Part shown: positions 49,816-60,078 of the stretch, one piece after another
Layout of the letters: each line of letters starts with the position of its first letter
How positions within the stretch are numbered: the stretch's first letter is position 1
NCBI GenBank assembly: GCA_965219445.1
Contig: CBDCNQ010000003.1
Location: forward strand, 96,001-160,000
DNA: 64,000 nt
Reading direction: 5' to 3'
DNA from: Longimicrobiales bacterium
GTDB taxonomy: Bacteria > Gemmatimonadota > Gemmatimonadetes > Longimicrobiales > Gaopeijiaceae
Made by a program: the position numbers and the translations under genes
Notes under the pieces: generated by a model
Database searches by the model: none
Told to the model about the DNA's origin: nothing
Seen by the model: only the letters and a program-made list of their open reading frames with translations

Positions 49816-51452
49816 CCTTTGGCCGCGCCTCGGCGTTTGAGTTCCTCCTCGAACGCGACCAGCTCGAACTCGTCCTCGAACCCGGTCCGGTCGGGCGAGG
49901 GGAGGTAGGCGGTCAGGTCGACCTCACCAGCCAACTCGCGGTCGAAGGCGGCTTGCTCCCGGTCGGACGCCTCTCCCTCTGAATCCGCGCTGGAGTACAC
50001 TACGTCACCGAGTTCGGCATTCTCGAGCTTGAGTCGTCGCCGCACCGTCTCGCTGGCTAGGAACTGCTTCCGAATGGCCGGGAAGGAGAACCGAAGGGAA
50101 CTGCCTCCCGTGGACGATGCCTCCGCTGTGGACGACGGGACCGGACCGGACGGCCCGACTTCGCTGGACGACACGTCCGCATCGAACTCGGCAGCGAGCT
50201 GGTGAAGCGCCGCCTCGACCTCCGATGGATCTACGATCCGATCCTTCATCTTGGCCTGCACGTACGTGGTCGCCGCCTCGGCCGTGATGGAGCCGCCCCC
50301 CGCCAGCGCCTGTCGGTATACGAGTCCCAGGACCAACCGCCGCACATTACGGGCCTGACGGGCGCGGTTTTCCTTCCGGACGCTGATGACACGGAGGAGC
50401 GGGACCGAGAAGAAGAGGACGCTGAATACGACGGGAATGAGGACCAGACCCACAAACGCAGCGGTGCCTCCAATGCCGAGCTGGGGGAAGATGAACCACG
50501 GTGCCGTGGCGCCTGCCGTCAGCGTGAACCCGTTCATGCCGATGATGACCGCGTCGTGCTTTTTTTCGTTTCCCGTAAGCTCGAGGGGGTACTCCATCCG
50601 CATCCACGCCGGGTTCGGTTCCCGGGCTGTCACAGGTCCGTGGGCGCTCGTCATGAGCTCGGGAAATGCGTAGACAAGCTCGCCATCCGGGGACACGGTC
50701 GGCTCCCCAGCGTACGATCCCAGGAGCCGTCCCATTTCCTCCTCCGCCTCCGGCAGCGCGAGTGCCGTGTGTTCAACGAGTTCGGCGGTCGTGAGGGCCC
50801 CCCGCCGCGCGCGGATGAGGCGCAGTGTGCTGCGGTCGAGTTGCTTCCTGGTGGGCTTCGGTCGATCGGGCCCGAAAACAAACGCGAAGACCTTCTTGTA
50901 GAACGGAGGCCGGCTGTCTTTTTCGAGCGTCGCCTCCCAGCGGCGCCCGTAGTAGGGACTGCCCAGTCGCCAGCGCGGCGTCCAGATGTAGTACCAAAGC
51001 CAGAAGCTCGGGAAATGAAAGTGTCCGTGATGCCGGCCCGCGCCGCGCCCCCAGCTTCCGCCACTCCGCCGGTCTCCACCCCTGGACATCATCGCGACGA
51101 TCGCCGCGATGACCAGGGTCACGAAGACCACGAAATAGACGACGAGCATCGTAACGATCCATGCCTTGAATGCCCCGGTGAGCACCCTCTTGGCCGCGGC
51201 CTTGACCCGCTGGATCGTCGGGACCCGATCCCGTCGGATCAGCTTACGGTCGAAGAGGTAGACCACCTCTCCCGACTCGGATACCTCGAGATGCCCTTGG
51301 TGAGACTCCAAGAGGCTCTTGAGGGTGCCCTCGACTTCGTCCCGCGGTAAGCCCACGCTGGAGACGACATCTCCGAGGGTACCCCGCCCGCCAAGGGAAC
51401 GGAGGGCCTTGAGGACATCGGGTTGTGCTTCGGCGGTCGCGATGCTGTTCAC
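49812..51452 (-). CDS. Conserved membrane protein resembling the plant At5g03900-like family
   Basis: GHLEVSESGEVVYLF, VFAFVFG, G.P.VSPDGELVY.FPEL; TM segments; family link from memory. Confidence 0.65.
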   Translation of the reverse strand: MNSIATAEAQPDVLKALRSLGGRGTLGDVVSSVGLPRDEVEGTLKSLLESHQGHLEVSESGEVVYLFDRKLIRRDRVPTIQRVKAAAKRVLTGAFKAWIVTMLVVYFVVFVTLVIAAIVAMMSRGGDRRSGGSWGRGAGRHHGHFHFPSFWLWYYIWTPRWRLGSPYYGRRWEATLEKDSRPPFYKKVFAFVFGPDRPKPTRKQLDRSTLRLIRARRGALTTAELVEHTALALPEAEEEMGRLLGSYAGEPTVSPDGELVYAFPELMTSAHGPVTAREPNPAWMRMEYPLELTGNEKKHDAVIIGMNGFTLTAGATAPWFIFPQLGIGGTAAFVGLVLIPVVFSVLFFSVPLLRVISVRKENRARQARNVRRLVLGLVYRQALAGGGSITAEAATTYVQAKMKDRIVDPSEVEAALHQLAAEFDADVSSSEVGPSGPVPSSTAEASSTGGSSLRFSFPAIRKQFLASETVRRRLKLENAELGDVVYSSADSEGEASDREQAAFDRELAGEVDLTAYLPSPDRTGFEDEFELVAFEEELKRRGAAKG

Positions 51453-51634
51453 GCTGACCTCACCTGCCGGTTGTCGAGGGCCACGCCCTCCGGGTGTCGT
51501 AGATGAAAGCCCCACTCCTCCTAAGGAGATCCATGAGGGAGGAGGATGGTACTGGCCGTCGCATCAGGGTTCAAGGTGACGAGGTAGAGATACGTTGTTC
51601 TCGGCTACTCATACAGGTAGACTAAGTACACAAA

Positions 51635-52014
<380 letters not shown>

Positions 52015-52020
52015 GCCGTT

Positions 52021-52094
<74 letters not shown>

Positions 52095-52097
52095 CTG

Positions 52098-52134
52098 AAA
52101 ACGACCCCGGAGCTTCTGCCTCGGGGTCGTTTTT
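52098..52134 (+). terminator. Intrinsic terminator of the rnpB-tRNA unit
   Basis: AAAACGACCCCG...CGGGGTCGTTTTT. Confidence 0.85.
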
Positions 52135-52571
52135 AACGCGGCTGGTTCGGATTCTTCCTGAGGTTCGAGCCGAGGCGGAGATGTGCAGTTCCGCGCAGCG
52201 GATCTGAATGCCGACCGCCGAGACGAGCGAGGAGGCCCAACGGGCCCCCGCAGCTCCATCCTGTCGGGCGTGGCGGGCATAACCAAGCTCCGCGCTCTTT
52301 CCGCACTGCGACGCTTTCTCGTTTCGCCAGTTGAGGTAACGGTCGATCTCCGCCCTGGCCTCTCCGCTCAGCGGTGTGATGAACAGGAGCCGCCGCCTTA
52401 CCGGCGCCGCTTTCTAATGGTCCCAAAGATCTGGCGTAAGGTCGACCGATCCAGATATTCTGTGCGCGTGTATACGTTCGATGCTTAGCCCGTTACACGG
52501 CGAAAAGTGTCGAATAAAAGGAGTTACAGAGCCCTCTCAGACACCCGGCCGAGGCTGGATTCGTGAGCGAA

Positions 52572-52940
52572 TCACGCGGCTAGTGCTTCCTCATCGAGGT
52601 TTCCGGAAGCCAAGGCCAGCAATCTATCAAACACTTCGTCTTCGGGGGCGATGAAGTCGAGTCCGTTGAGGCCAAGAAAGATGACGGCGGCCAAAAACGA
52701 GATCCGCTTGTTTCCGTCTCGGAAGGGGTGACTGGAGCAAATTCCGAAAGCGTAGTCGGCAGCGAGCCGGGCCAGGTCCGACTCCGGCTCATAGGTCCAT
52801 CTCTGCCTTGCCCGGGCTAGGGCTGACTCCAGGGCATTCTCGTCGCGGATGCCCATCAGACCGCCGTGTTCGCGAATCTGGTCGAGATGGACGGCCTCAA
52901 TGACAAGCCGGGGAACCCACCGGGGCTCCGGCTGAGTCAC
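52572..52940 (-). CDS. doc: Death-on-curing (Fic/Doc) toxin; C-terminus probably clipped by a 1-bp deletion
   Basis: HGG..GIRD...LESAL, HPFRDGNKR; ends LAA*, and one extra G would give LAAWIRSRIQ. Confidence 0.88.
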   Translation of the reverse strand: MTQPEPRWVPRLVIEAVHLDQIREHGGLMGIRDENALESALARARQRWTYEPESDLARLAADYAFGICSSHPFRDGNKRISFLAAVIFLGLNGLDFIAPEDEVFDRLLALASGNLDEEALAA

Positions 52941-53164
52941 TTCGCGAGTTCTCTAAGAGCCCCCTGGTACCGTTTCTGAGCCTCGGCCGCGATTGCGAGC
53001 CCTTCCTCTACCGCTGGATTGTAGGGGCTGAGCAGAATCCCGTCTGCCGTCTCAACGGCAAGCACTTCGTCTCCCGCCTCAAGGTGGAGGCGCTCCGCCA
53101 TCTCCTTGGGCAGTGTGGCCCCGACAGATCCCCCCATTCTGCGTAATCTCACATTTCGAACCAT
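52937..53164 (-). CDS. AbrB/MazE-family antitoxin
   Basis: LRRMGGSVGATLPKE...L.L..GD; C-terminal RY..ALRELAK; 4-nt overlap with doc. Confidence 0.88.
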   Translation of the reverse strand: MVRNVRLRRMGGSVGATLPKEMAERLHLEAGDEVLAVETADGILLSPYNPAVEEGLAIAAEAQKRYQGALRELAK

Positions 53165-53178
53165 GGTATTCCTCCGAA

Positions 53179-53196
53179 GTAGCACCTTAATGCTAC
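53179..53196. promoter_or_regulatory. Palindromic putative TA operator
   Basis: GTAGCA-N6-TGCTAC just upstream of the antitoxin RBS. Confidence 0.5.
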
Positions 53197-53232
53197 CGGG
53201 TTTGAGGTTGGGTCAATAGGTGTGTAAATGTT

Positions 53233-54477
53233 TCAGGCGGCGTTTTTCCGCTGTTGGGTTGAGACGGGCTTTCCGTCTTCGAACTTTCTTCCTTCAAATA
53301 CGTCCTTGAGGAGGTGAGGAGCGTCGAGCCTTCTGAAGCGCTTCTCCGCCACCAAGAGCAGCTTCCAGATCAGCGCCGTAGCGCTCTCGACCCGCTTGAA
53401 GCGCTTCGCCGCCGTTGTCCTGAGCCGTACTGCGGCAAAGGGGCTCTCGACCACGTTCGTCGTGCGTAGATGCTTCCAGTGGTCCTCGGGGAAGTCGTAG
53501 AACGCCACCATCCGCTCCCAGTCGTCCTCGAGTACATCCACCGCCTTCGGATACCACGGTCTGTAGCGCCTGGCGAACGCCTCACGGGCCTTCAGCGCCT
53601 CGGACCGCCTCGGTGCGTAGACCACGGTCCTGAGAAGGTCCTTCGCCTCGCTCTGCTCCCGCTGAGGCAGCCGGTCCAGCACGTTCCTCATCTTGTGGTT
53701 CCAGCACCGTTGCTCGCCCGCCTCAGGCCATACCTGCCGTACTGCGCCCCAGATCGCCGCGTTGCCGTCCGCCATCAAAAGCCGGGGCGCCTCGATGCCG
53801 CGTGCCTTCAGATCCCGCAACACCTCGGACCAGGACTCGACCGACTCTCGGTAGCCCGATCTCAGGGCCAACACCTCCTTCGTACCATCTCGCATCGCAC
53901 CGAGAACCACCAGCAGCGCTGCCTTGTCCCGCTCGAGCCCCGCCTTCACGTAGATCCCGTCCGCCCAGACGTAGACGACCTCACGGTCGGCCAGCGAGCG
54001 CTTCGACCATTCCTCGAATTTCCTTGTCCATCCCGCCCGCAGCCGCCAAATCGAAGACTTCGACAACGGGGCCCCCTCGCCCAGCAGGCCCCGCATCGCC
54101 AGCTCGAAGTCTCCCTCCGCCAGCCCGTGCAGATACAGCTCCGGAAGCAGAGCACCCACCTCCTTCGTCCGTCGTGCGAACAACGGCAACACCCGACTCT
54201 CGAACCGCTCCTCAATGCCTCGAACCCGGGGCCGTCGGAGCATGATCGTGCCCGAGCTCATCGCCAGCCGCCGAGCCTTGCCGTAGCCGTTGCGGTAGCC
54301 TGGCGCCGGGTCTACGACCGTCTTCCGCTCCGACTTCTCCCGGCCGAGCAACTCCGTCACTTCCTCCTCCAGAATCCGCTGGACCATCTCCTGGGCCTTC
54401 TCACGAACCAGCGCTTCCAAGCACTCCCACGTCGGCGTGCTGGACTCACTCTCGGGTCCCACCATATTCTTCCTCAC
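53233..54477 (-). CDS. IS256 transposase
   Basis: YRNGY, WADGIY, ADG, QRCWNHK.RN, RTTNVVES.F. Confidence 0.95.
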   Translation of the reverse strand: MRKNMVGPESESSTPTWECLEALVREKAQEMVQRILEEEVTELLGREKSERKTVVDPAPGYRNGYGKARRLAMSSGTIMLRRPRVRGIEERFESRVLPLFARRTKEVGALLPELYLHGLAEGDFELAMRGLLGEGAPLSKSSIWRLRAGWTRKFEEWSKRSLADREVVYVWADGIYVKAGLERDKAALLVVLGAMRDGTKEVLALRSGYRESVESWSEVLRDLKARGIEAPRLLMADGNAAIWGAVRQVWPEAGEQRCWNHKMRNVLDRLPQREQSEAKDLLRTVVYAPRRSEALKAREAFARRYRPWYPKAVDVLEDDWERMVAFYDFPEDHWKHLRTTNVVESPFAAVRLRTTAAKRFKRVESATALIWKLLLVAEKRFRRLDAPHLLKDVFEGRKFEDGKPVSTQQRKNAA

Positions 54478-54744
54478 GAGGCATCGTTCCTTTCCCCCGG
54501 GCGCTCACCCGGGATTCGCTGGTTAACTTCTTACTACCTAGCGGAAAGGTACGTCGCCTCTTTTTTTACACACCCTTCTATGGGGCTGGCGGTCAAGACG
54601 CACCTTCCCCACGCGCCGTCGGCTCATTTTTTGACCGTCGGCGTCCGCATGGTTTGGATTGCCCGGTCGACGACTCAGGGTGGGGAGGGGTGCGCTCGCA
54701 GGGTCCGCATCGCAGTCCGGAAGACGTTCACAGCCGTCGCGTTC

Positions 54745-54960
54745 TCCGCTCTGGAGCGGGAACCATCCTTCTATCTGGGACTCTGTGGCCCATCGCTTCG
54801 TTCGGCTCTCCAGGGGTGCATAGCCTTTGAGTGGGGGCTTGGGCTCTCTGCCCCGGCCCACGGTGTGTATGGATGCTGTCCCCTGTAACCGGTTCGCTTC
54901 CGTTTCGTCGGACCCCATGTTGTGACCGCTTTCGACCCCACGCTCGCCGATCCCGGCCCG
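54745..54960 (-). ncRNA. Putative bridge/seek RNA; boundaries approximate
   Basis: Target guides TACACACC (54862-69) and TCAAAGG (54824-30) flank one stem. Donor guides GATG (54791-94) and ATAGAAGG (54767-74) flank a second stem. Confidence 0.75.
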
Positions 54961-54962
54961 GT

Positions 54963-56018
54963 TTACTCCGTCGCTTCCAGTCTCTTGGGGTCGTACGCTT
55001 CGCCCGTGCGCCACACCGCTAGCACGATCGAGGCGAGCTGACGCGCGATCGTCAGCTTCGCCAGATTCGGCTTCGTGCCCCCCTCCAGGAGTCGCTCGTA
55101 GTGGCGGTACAAGGGTTCGTTTTCGGCCCGACCGATCACCGTCGTCGCCGCGCCCTTGAACACACGCTTCAGCGTGTGGTTGAAGTTCCGATTCAGCCCC
55201 CGCGTCTGCTGTACCGGTTCCCTTACCCACCGCCCACCCGGACCCCGCACCCAGTCCGACGAGCTCCGCATCACGACGCCCAGTCCGCAGTACGCCCAGA
55301 ACCTGCTCCGGCTCTGGAACCGGTACGGCGTCACCACCACCGGCAGGAGCTCCGCCGTCCGGATCGGACCCAGACCCGGGCACGTCTTCAGCACATGCCA
55401 CTCTCGATGCTTGCGTGCTTCCGCCAGCAAGGCCTTCTCGGCCTTCGCCCTCAATGCCACGAGTGCGTCGTGCTCCTCGTACAGCAACCCGGCCGTCGTC
55501 CTGCTCGCTTCCGGCAGCTTGGCCAACCACTCCTCCCGGTCGCGCTTCAAGTAGACCGAGCGCCCCGCGCCGTAGGCCACTCCTCTCGAGCGCAGCACGC
55601 TCTTGAGCCGGTTCTTCACCCGCACCGTGTCGCCGACCAGGAAGTCGTAGCTCTTCGCCCGTTCCCCCAGCCGCCTGAACTGGCCCCGGTTCTTGTAGAC
55701 CCTCGTCTCCAGTGATCCGATCCGCAGCTTCTCCGCCAGGGCAAACGCGTCCAGCTTGTCGGTCTTCGGGCCCCGGCTCTTGCCGACCCCCGCCACCGTT
55801 AGCTCCTCCACGTGCGGCTCCAGCACCTCGTACAGCCACCCCGACAGCGTCCCTTCTTCCAGGCACAAGTGCCGGTTCCTCGGAATCCCTCGCAGCACCT
55901 CGATCAGCGCCCGCGCGTTCGTCTCCACCACCTGCGAGCCCAAGCGCTTGCCGCTGGGGCCTACAATCCCCAGCGTGCAGCTCGACGCGTGTGCGTCGAG
56001 TCCGATATATCTCTCCAT
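54963..56018 (-). CDS. IS110 DEDD recombinase
   Basis: YIGLDAH, LEEG, KTDKLDA, PGLGP, YCGL....RSSS; AGGAG RBS. Confidence 0.95.
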   Translation of the reverse strand: MERYIGLDAHASSCTLGIVGPSGKRLGSQVVETNARALIEVLRGIPRNRHLCLEEGTLSGWLYEVLEPHVEELTVAGVGKSRGPKTDKLDAFALAEKLRIGSLETRVYKNRGQFRRLGERAKSYDFLVGDTVRVKNRLKSVLRSRGVAYGAGRSVYLKRDREEWLAKLPEASRTTAGLLYEEHDALVALRAKAEKALLAEARKHREWHVLKTCPGLGPIRTAELLPVVVTPYRFQSRSRFWAYCGLGVVMRSSSDWVRGPGGRWVREPVQQTRGLNRNFNHTLKRVFKGAATTVIGRAENEPLYRHYERLLEGGTKPNLAKLTIARQLASIVLAVWRTGEAYDPKRLEATE

Positions 56019-56179
56019 CGGCGTTCTCCTCTTGGATAGGTGGGTTGCTTCCTTGCGCGAACAATGATGAACGCGCACCCGTTCCCGGAGGAGAACGCCT
56101 CTTCGTCTTCGGGCTGCTTCGCTGCTGATCGGTACCGGTAGCGGTCGCCATGCCCCTATGATGCCTTTGATCCTAGCTC

Positions 56180-57099
56180 GGCACGGCAGCGACTCAACCC
56201 TATCCCCTAGGCGATGCCTTCGTTACTCAAACACTCGATATACCCCCGGAGGGTTATCGGCTCACAAACAATGGCGCCATTTTTACGCCCTTCTGGGAAG
56301 AACCGGTATTGCTACGCCGCAGCGAAGCCAATTGGCCACCTAGCACCGTGGATCCGGGGAAAGGGGTGATGTACATCTGCGCCGGAGAAAGGCAGACCGC
56401 CTACTCCGCTATAGAAGACATCGAGCAACCGGATTCCGGTAACCGTTACACGGCCGGGAGCATGCGGCACGCTCCCCTCATTACCGGAGTTGTGGCTGCT
56501 ATGGACTTGCGCACGAATCGCAGGCTGTGGGCTCAGCGCTGGCCCGGCCGATGTTACAGCGGACTGGTGACGACGGCCGGCGACCTGCTGTTTGCCGGCC
56601 GAAACGACGGCCGCCTTACTGCGATGGATTCCCGTGACGGGACCAAACTGTGGGAATTCATGACCGACGCGGGAGTCAATGCTCCCCCCGCTGTTTTCGA
56701 GCACGACGGCAAGCAATACGTTGCCGTATTTTCTGCGGGTAATCTGCTAGCCCGATCCAATCGTGGCGACAGCATGTGGTTGTTTACATTGCTGGAGGAT
56801 GATCAAGAAGGGGCTGGTGCCCAGGGGCTGGTAAATGCTCCTACTGCCAATCCGGTAGGGCAAAGATTGTTCCAGATACCTGTCAATTTTGCCACGGGGG
56901 CCGTGGCGAGGGAGGCCACAGTGGCATGCCGCTGGAAGGACTGGGAGCATTCAGTACCAGCTATGTGGCGAACATCATTACCAACGGACAGAACAACATG
57001 CCGGCTTTCTCGTCGATGTTTTCCGCTGGGCAGATCAGGGCGGTGGCAGAACATGTAAGAACGTTAAATCCTGATATACCCAATCGGAACAGTCGATAG
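56180..57099 (+). pseudogene. 5'-truncated, frameshifted quinohemoprotein (PQQ ADH with C-terminal cytochrome c)
   Basis: In frame from the IS256 end (TAATQPYP...IFTPFW...NWPP...DGKQYVAV). CQFCH...NMPAF lies in a shifted frame after about 56875. Confidence 0.82.
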
Positions 57100-57160
57100 C
57101 CCGCCGCGCTTTGCGGCCAAATCCCCCTATTTCCAGCGCCCACGAGCGCCCGACTCATAT

Positions 57161-57203
57161 CTGATAAGCGTGAGGTCGGTAGTTCGAGTCTACCCAGGCC
57201 CAC
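57161..57203 (+). other. 3' half of tRNA-Ile(GAT), att-site-like remnant
   Basis: CTGATAAGCGTGAGGTCGGTAGTTCGAGTCTACCCAGGCCCAC begins at the anticodon loop; the 5' half is absent. Confidence 0.8.
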
Positions 57204-57514
57204 TTTTTAAGTATTAGCCCCGCCGGCCCTTATGGCCTTCGGGTCTTTGCTGTATCAGAAAAGGTATGAGGGCAATATCACCGGCTGTAGCACGAGGCGG
57301 GTTTTCAGGGCGGCTGTCGTGAGTCCCTGCGTCGTTTTCAGGCGATGTGCCGCGCAAAATAAAGCGCGAGGCGCAGCAGAACGGCGTGAGCCCTTCAGTC
57401 TGGGCTTGCGTGGCTCGTGGATGGCTTATTAGAGTCACGCTGTTGGGATTAGTAGAATCACGCTGTTTGGATTATGTGTCAGGCTTTGTCACTCTTCACG
57501 ACAACGGGGTGATT

Positions 57515-59044
57515 ATGATGAGCACCGCCTATCTGTTGGGGGCTCGGACGCGCTGGATTTCCGTGTTTGTGGGGGTAACTGCAGGCGCTGCCGCGTCGGC
57601 GCTGAGCGCCCAGATGCCTCTGCGCAACGGCAACGTCGTGAACAAGGAACCGTATCTGTTCTCGGCGGAAGACTTCGGCATCGACCCAGACGATGTCACC
57701 TTCACGAAGGATATCGCGCCCATCCTTCAACGGAGCTGCCAGGACTGCCACCACCCCGGGGGCGGAGCGCCCATGTCGCTGATCACCTACGAGGACGTGC
57801 GGTCCTGGGCCCCGATGATCAAGCGTCGGACCGCCATCCGGGACCGGATGGGGGCCATGCCGCCCTGGTTCATCGAGAAGAACATCGGGGTCCAAAGATT
57901 CAAGAACGACCCCTCCCTCAGTAACGAAGAGCTTGCCAAGATCCAGGCATGGGTGGACGGAGGATCTCCCCAGGGTGATCCGGCCGACATGCCGCCGGCG
58001 CGTCAGTTCGCTGAGTTCGGTGAGTGGATGAACGGGGAACCGGACCTGGTGCTGAGGTCGAGGGACGTGACCATGCCTGCTGTGGGGGCCGATTGGTGGG
58101 GAGATATTGGCCTTGTGCCGACGGGGCTCACGGAAGACCGGTATGTCAAGGCCGTTGAGGTCCGGGAGATCAACGACCTCCCCCCGGACGCGGCAGGCGG
58201 CACCGTGGGCGGACGATATATGTGGCACCACATGACGTATGGGGCTGGGGTTTTGAACGAGGATGCAAGCGCTATCCTTCGCGAAACCCGGCAGGGCTTT
58301 CCCATTCATGAGGTTGGGCGCAACGCCGACGTCATGCCGGACGAGGCCGGCCTGCTTTTGGCGGCGAATTCTGCTCTGGATCTCCGGGCGGCCCATCTTC
58401 ACCCAAATGGTGTCCGGGAGACCACAGGGCACCTTGAATTCGGCTTCAAATTCTTCCCGGAAGGATACAAGCCGACTTATGCGCGAACACAAGGGGCGGG
58501 TGCCCGAAACAGCGTTGACGTTGACGCAATCCCGAATCGAAGCGGTCAGGAAATGCGCTCGTGGATCGTGATGGAAGAGCACACCATGATGGTCGCCTTT
58601 GAGCCACACATGCACGCGCCGGGCGTGCGGATGTGCCTAGAGGCGGTCTGGGGTCAAACAAACTATACGATCAACTGTGCGGGCTACGATCACAACTGGG
58701 TGAAGCAGTATTTATACGAGGAGGGTTACGAGCCTTTGCTGCCGAAGGGTACCATTGTCCATCTCGTTGGTTGGCTGGACACCACGCCTGCAAACACGAA
58801 CATTGCGGACCCAAGAAACTTTTCTGGGGCCGGTCGGCGTTCGGTCGCCAACATGTTCAATGATCTTGGCTGGACAGTCAAACTCACCGACGAGCAGTTC
58901 CTGGCCGAGATGGCCAAGCGACGAGAGAGAATGAGGGACAGGAACGACTTCGATATCGGGTGTCCGCTGTGTTGGGGCGTGTGGCAGGAGGATTTCGGCG
59001 ACATGGAGAGCATGCCGACGACGGAAGGAGGCACCCCCCGATGA
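57515..59044 (+). CDS. Cytochrome c / PHM-like copper monooxygenase fusion (A3)
   Basis: CQDCH, MPPW, MWHH, AHLH, PHMHAPG, ANMF; C-terminal GCPLC. Confidence 0.75.
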   Translation: MMSTAYLLGARTRWISVFVGVTAGAAASALSAQMPLRNGNVVNKEPYLFSAEDFGIDPDDVTFTKDIAPILQRSCQDCHHPGGGAPMSLITYEDVRSWAPMIKRRTAIRDRMGAMPPWFIEKNIGVQRFKNDPSLSNEELAKIQAWVDGGSPQGDPADMPPARQFAEFGEWMNGEPDLVLRSRDVTMPAVGADWWGDIGLVPTGLTEDRYVKAVEVREINDLPPDAAGGTVGGRYMWHHMTYGAGVLNEDASAILRETRQGFPIHEVGRNADVMPDEAGLLLAANSALDLRAAHLHPNGVRETTGHLEFGFKFFPEGYKPTYARTQGAGARNSVDVDAIPNRSGQEMRSWIVMEEHTMMVAFEPHMHAPGVRMCLEAVWGQTNYTINCAGYDHNWVKQYLYEEGYEPLLPKGTIVHLVGWLDTTPANTNIADPRNFSGAGRRSVANMFNDLGWTVKLTDEQFLAEMAKRRERMRDRNDFDIGCPLCWGVWQEDFGDMESMPTTEGGTPR

Positions 59045-60036
59045 GGATGATTGTTGGAGCTCTCTGGTCTGGACGCCTGTGTCTTGTTGGCTCCTTGTCT
59101 GTCCTGTTGCTGTTCCAGGCAACCGACGCCCAGCAGCAGAGGCCCGAATTCATGTACCTGGGGGGCCAGAGCCTGTTTCCGACGTTCGAGGGATGGTGGC
59201 AGAACGAGGACGGGTCCTTCGAGTTGTTCTTCGGGTACATGAACTACAACTGGGAGCAGGAATTCGACGTCCCGATCGGTCCCGACAATTACCTCGCCTT
59301 CGTGGAGCCGGGGCGGCTCGACGACCTCGAGCGGGAGGCCTACGACCCGGAAGTGGCGGACCAGGGGCAGCCGGCGCACTTCTACCCGCGACGCACTTCC
59401 TTCCAGTTCACCCTTCGCGCGCCCGAAGATCTCGGCGACAGGGAGGTAGTCTGGACTCTCACGGCCAATGGAGAGACACACCGCACGTATGGCTCGCTCG
59501 CCAGCAGTTATTCGATTGACAAGCAGACGATCTCAACCGAAGTCGGAGGGGCCTTTGGCAGCCTCAACTCCGCACTCCGCACCAATATTCCTGCGGAGCT
59601 CGAGGTCCAAGGGGACAAGCATCGGGAGATAAGGGTAGGAGAGCCGCTGAAGCTGGTCGCGTTCGCCAACGATCCCGACAACCTGCCAGGCAGACAAGAG
59701 TTTCGAAGACGTCCACACTCACTGGAAGAGCTGTTTCGGCCCATTCCAGGGACGAACGTTCATAGCGGACCAGGCTTGCGGTTGTCGTGGATAGTCTACC
59801 GAGGTCCCTCATCGCACGTGAGCTTCGATCCCGTGCAGATGAAGACGTGGATGGACACGCGGCTCTACGCGAACTCCCCGTGGTCACCGCCCTTCGTCAT
59901 TCCTGAGCCGCCTTCAGACGGCAGGTGGGTGACTCGAGTGACCTTTGAGGAGCCGGGAGAGTACGTGCTCCGTGCGGTTGCTAGCGACGGCTCCTTGTTC
60001 ACCTACGAGAACCTGATGGTCACCGCGACGCGCTGA
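59041..60036 (+). CDS. Secreted partner protein (B3)
   Basis: FEGW, FFGYMNYN, VPIGPDN, GQPAHF, FEEPGEYVLR; ATGA overlap with A3. Confidence 0.8.
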   Translation: MRMIVGALWSGRLCLVGSLSVLLLFQATDAQQQRPEFMYLGGQSLFPTFEGWWQNEDGSFELFFGYMNYNWEQEFDVPIGPDNYLAFVEPGRLDDLEREAYDPEVADQGQPAHFYPRRTSFQFTLRAPEDLGDREVVWTLTANGETHRTYGSLASSYSIDKQTISTEVGGAFGSLNSALRTNIPAELEVQGDKHREIRVGEPLKLVAFANDPDNLPGRQEFRRRPHSLEELFRPIPGTNVHSGPGLRLSWIVYRGPSSHVSFDPVQMKTWMDTRLYANSPWSPPFVIPEPPSDGRWVTRVTFEEPGEYVLRAVASDGSLFTYENLMVTATR

Positions 60037-60078
60037 TATGACTTGTAGGTCGAGCAAGCGCATTGTGAAGGAGAAGCC

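Larger units (their letters stand above)
54574..56167 (-). mobile_element. IS110 family (IS1111-type) element bounded by CCTT core copies
   Basis: CCTT at 54574-54577 and 56164-56167; imperfect sub-terminal IRs (ggggctggcg / cgccatgcccc); long 3' non-coding region. Confidence 0.85.
53204..56179 (-). mobile_element. IS256-family element with one TIR interrupted by an IS110 element
   Basis: TIR GAGGTTGGGTCAATAGGTGTGTAAA (53204-53228). The other TIR reconstitutes as TTTACACAC-CCTT-TGATCCTAGCTC when the IS110 is removed. No target duplication. Confidence 0.85.

Noticed and set aside
52183..52488. 101-aa ORF after tRNA-Arg
   Set aside because: No clear RBS or motif; cannot be supported as a gene
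52572..52574. Selenocysteine readthrough of the doc TGA
   Set aside because: The position corresponds to Trp and the conserved continuation is in another frame, so a 1-bp deletion explains it
53470..54888. 472-aa plus-strand ORF
   Set aside because: Antisense to the IS256 transposase and crosses the IS junction
54538..56151. 537-aa ORF overlapping the IS110 recombinase
   Set aside because: Alternate frame with low-complexity Gly/Arg content and no recognisable domain
57161..57203. Functional tRNA-Ile
   Set aside because: No 5' acceptor strand or D-arm upstream; it is only a fragment
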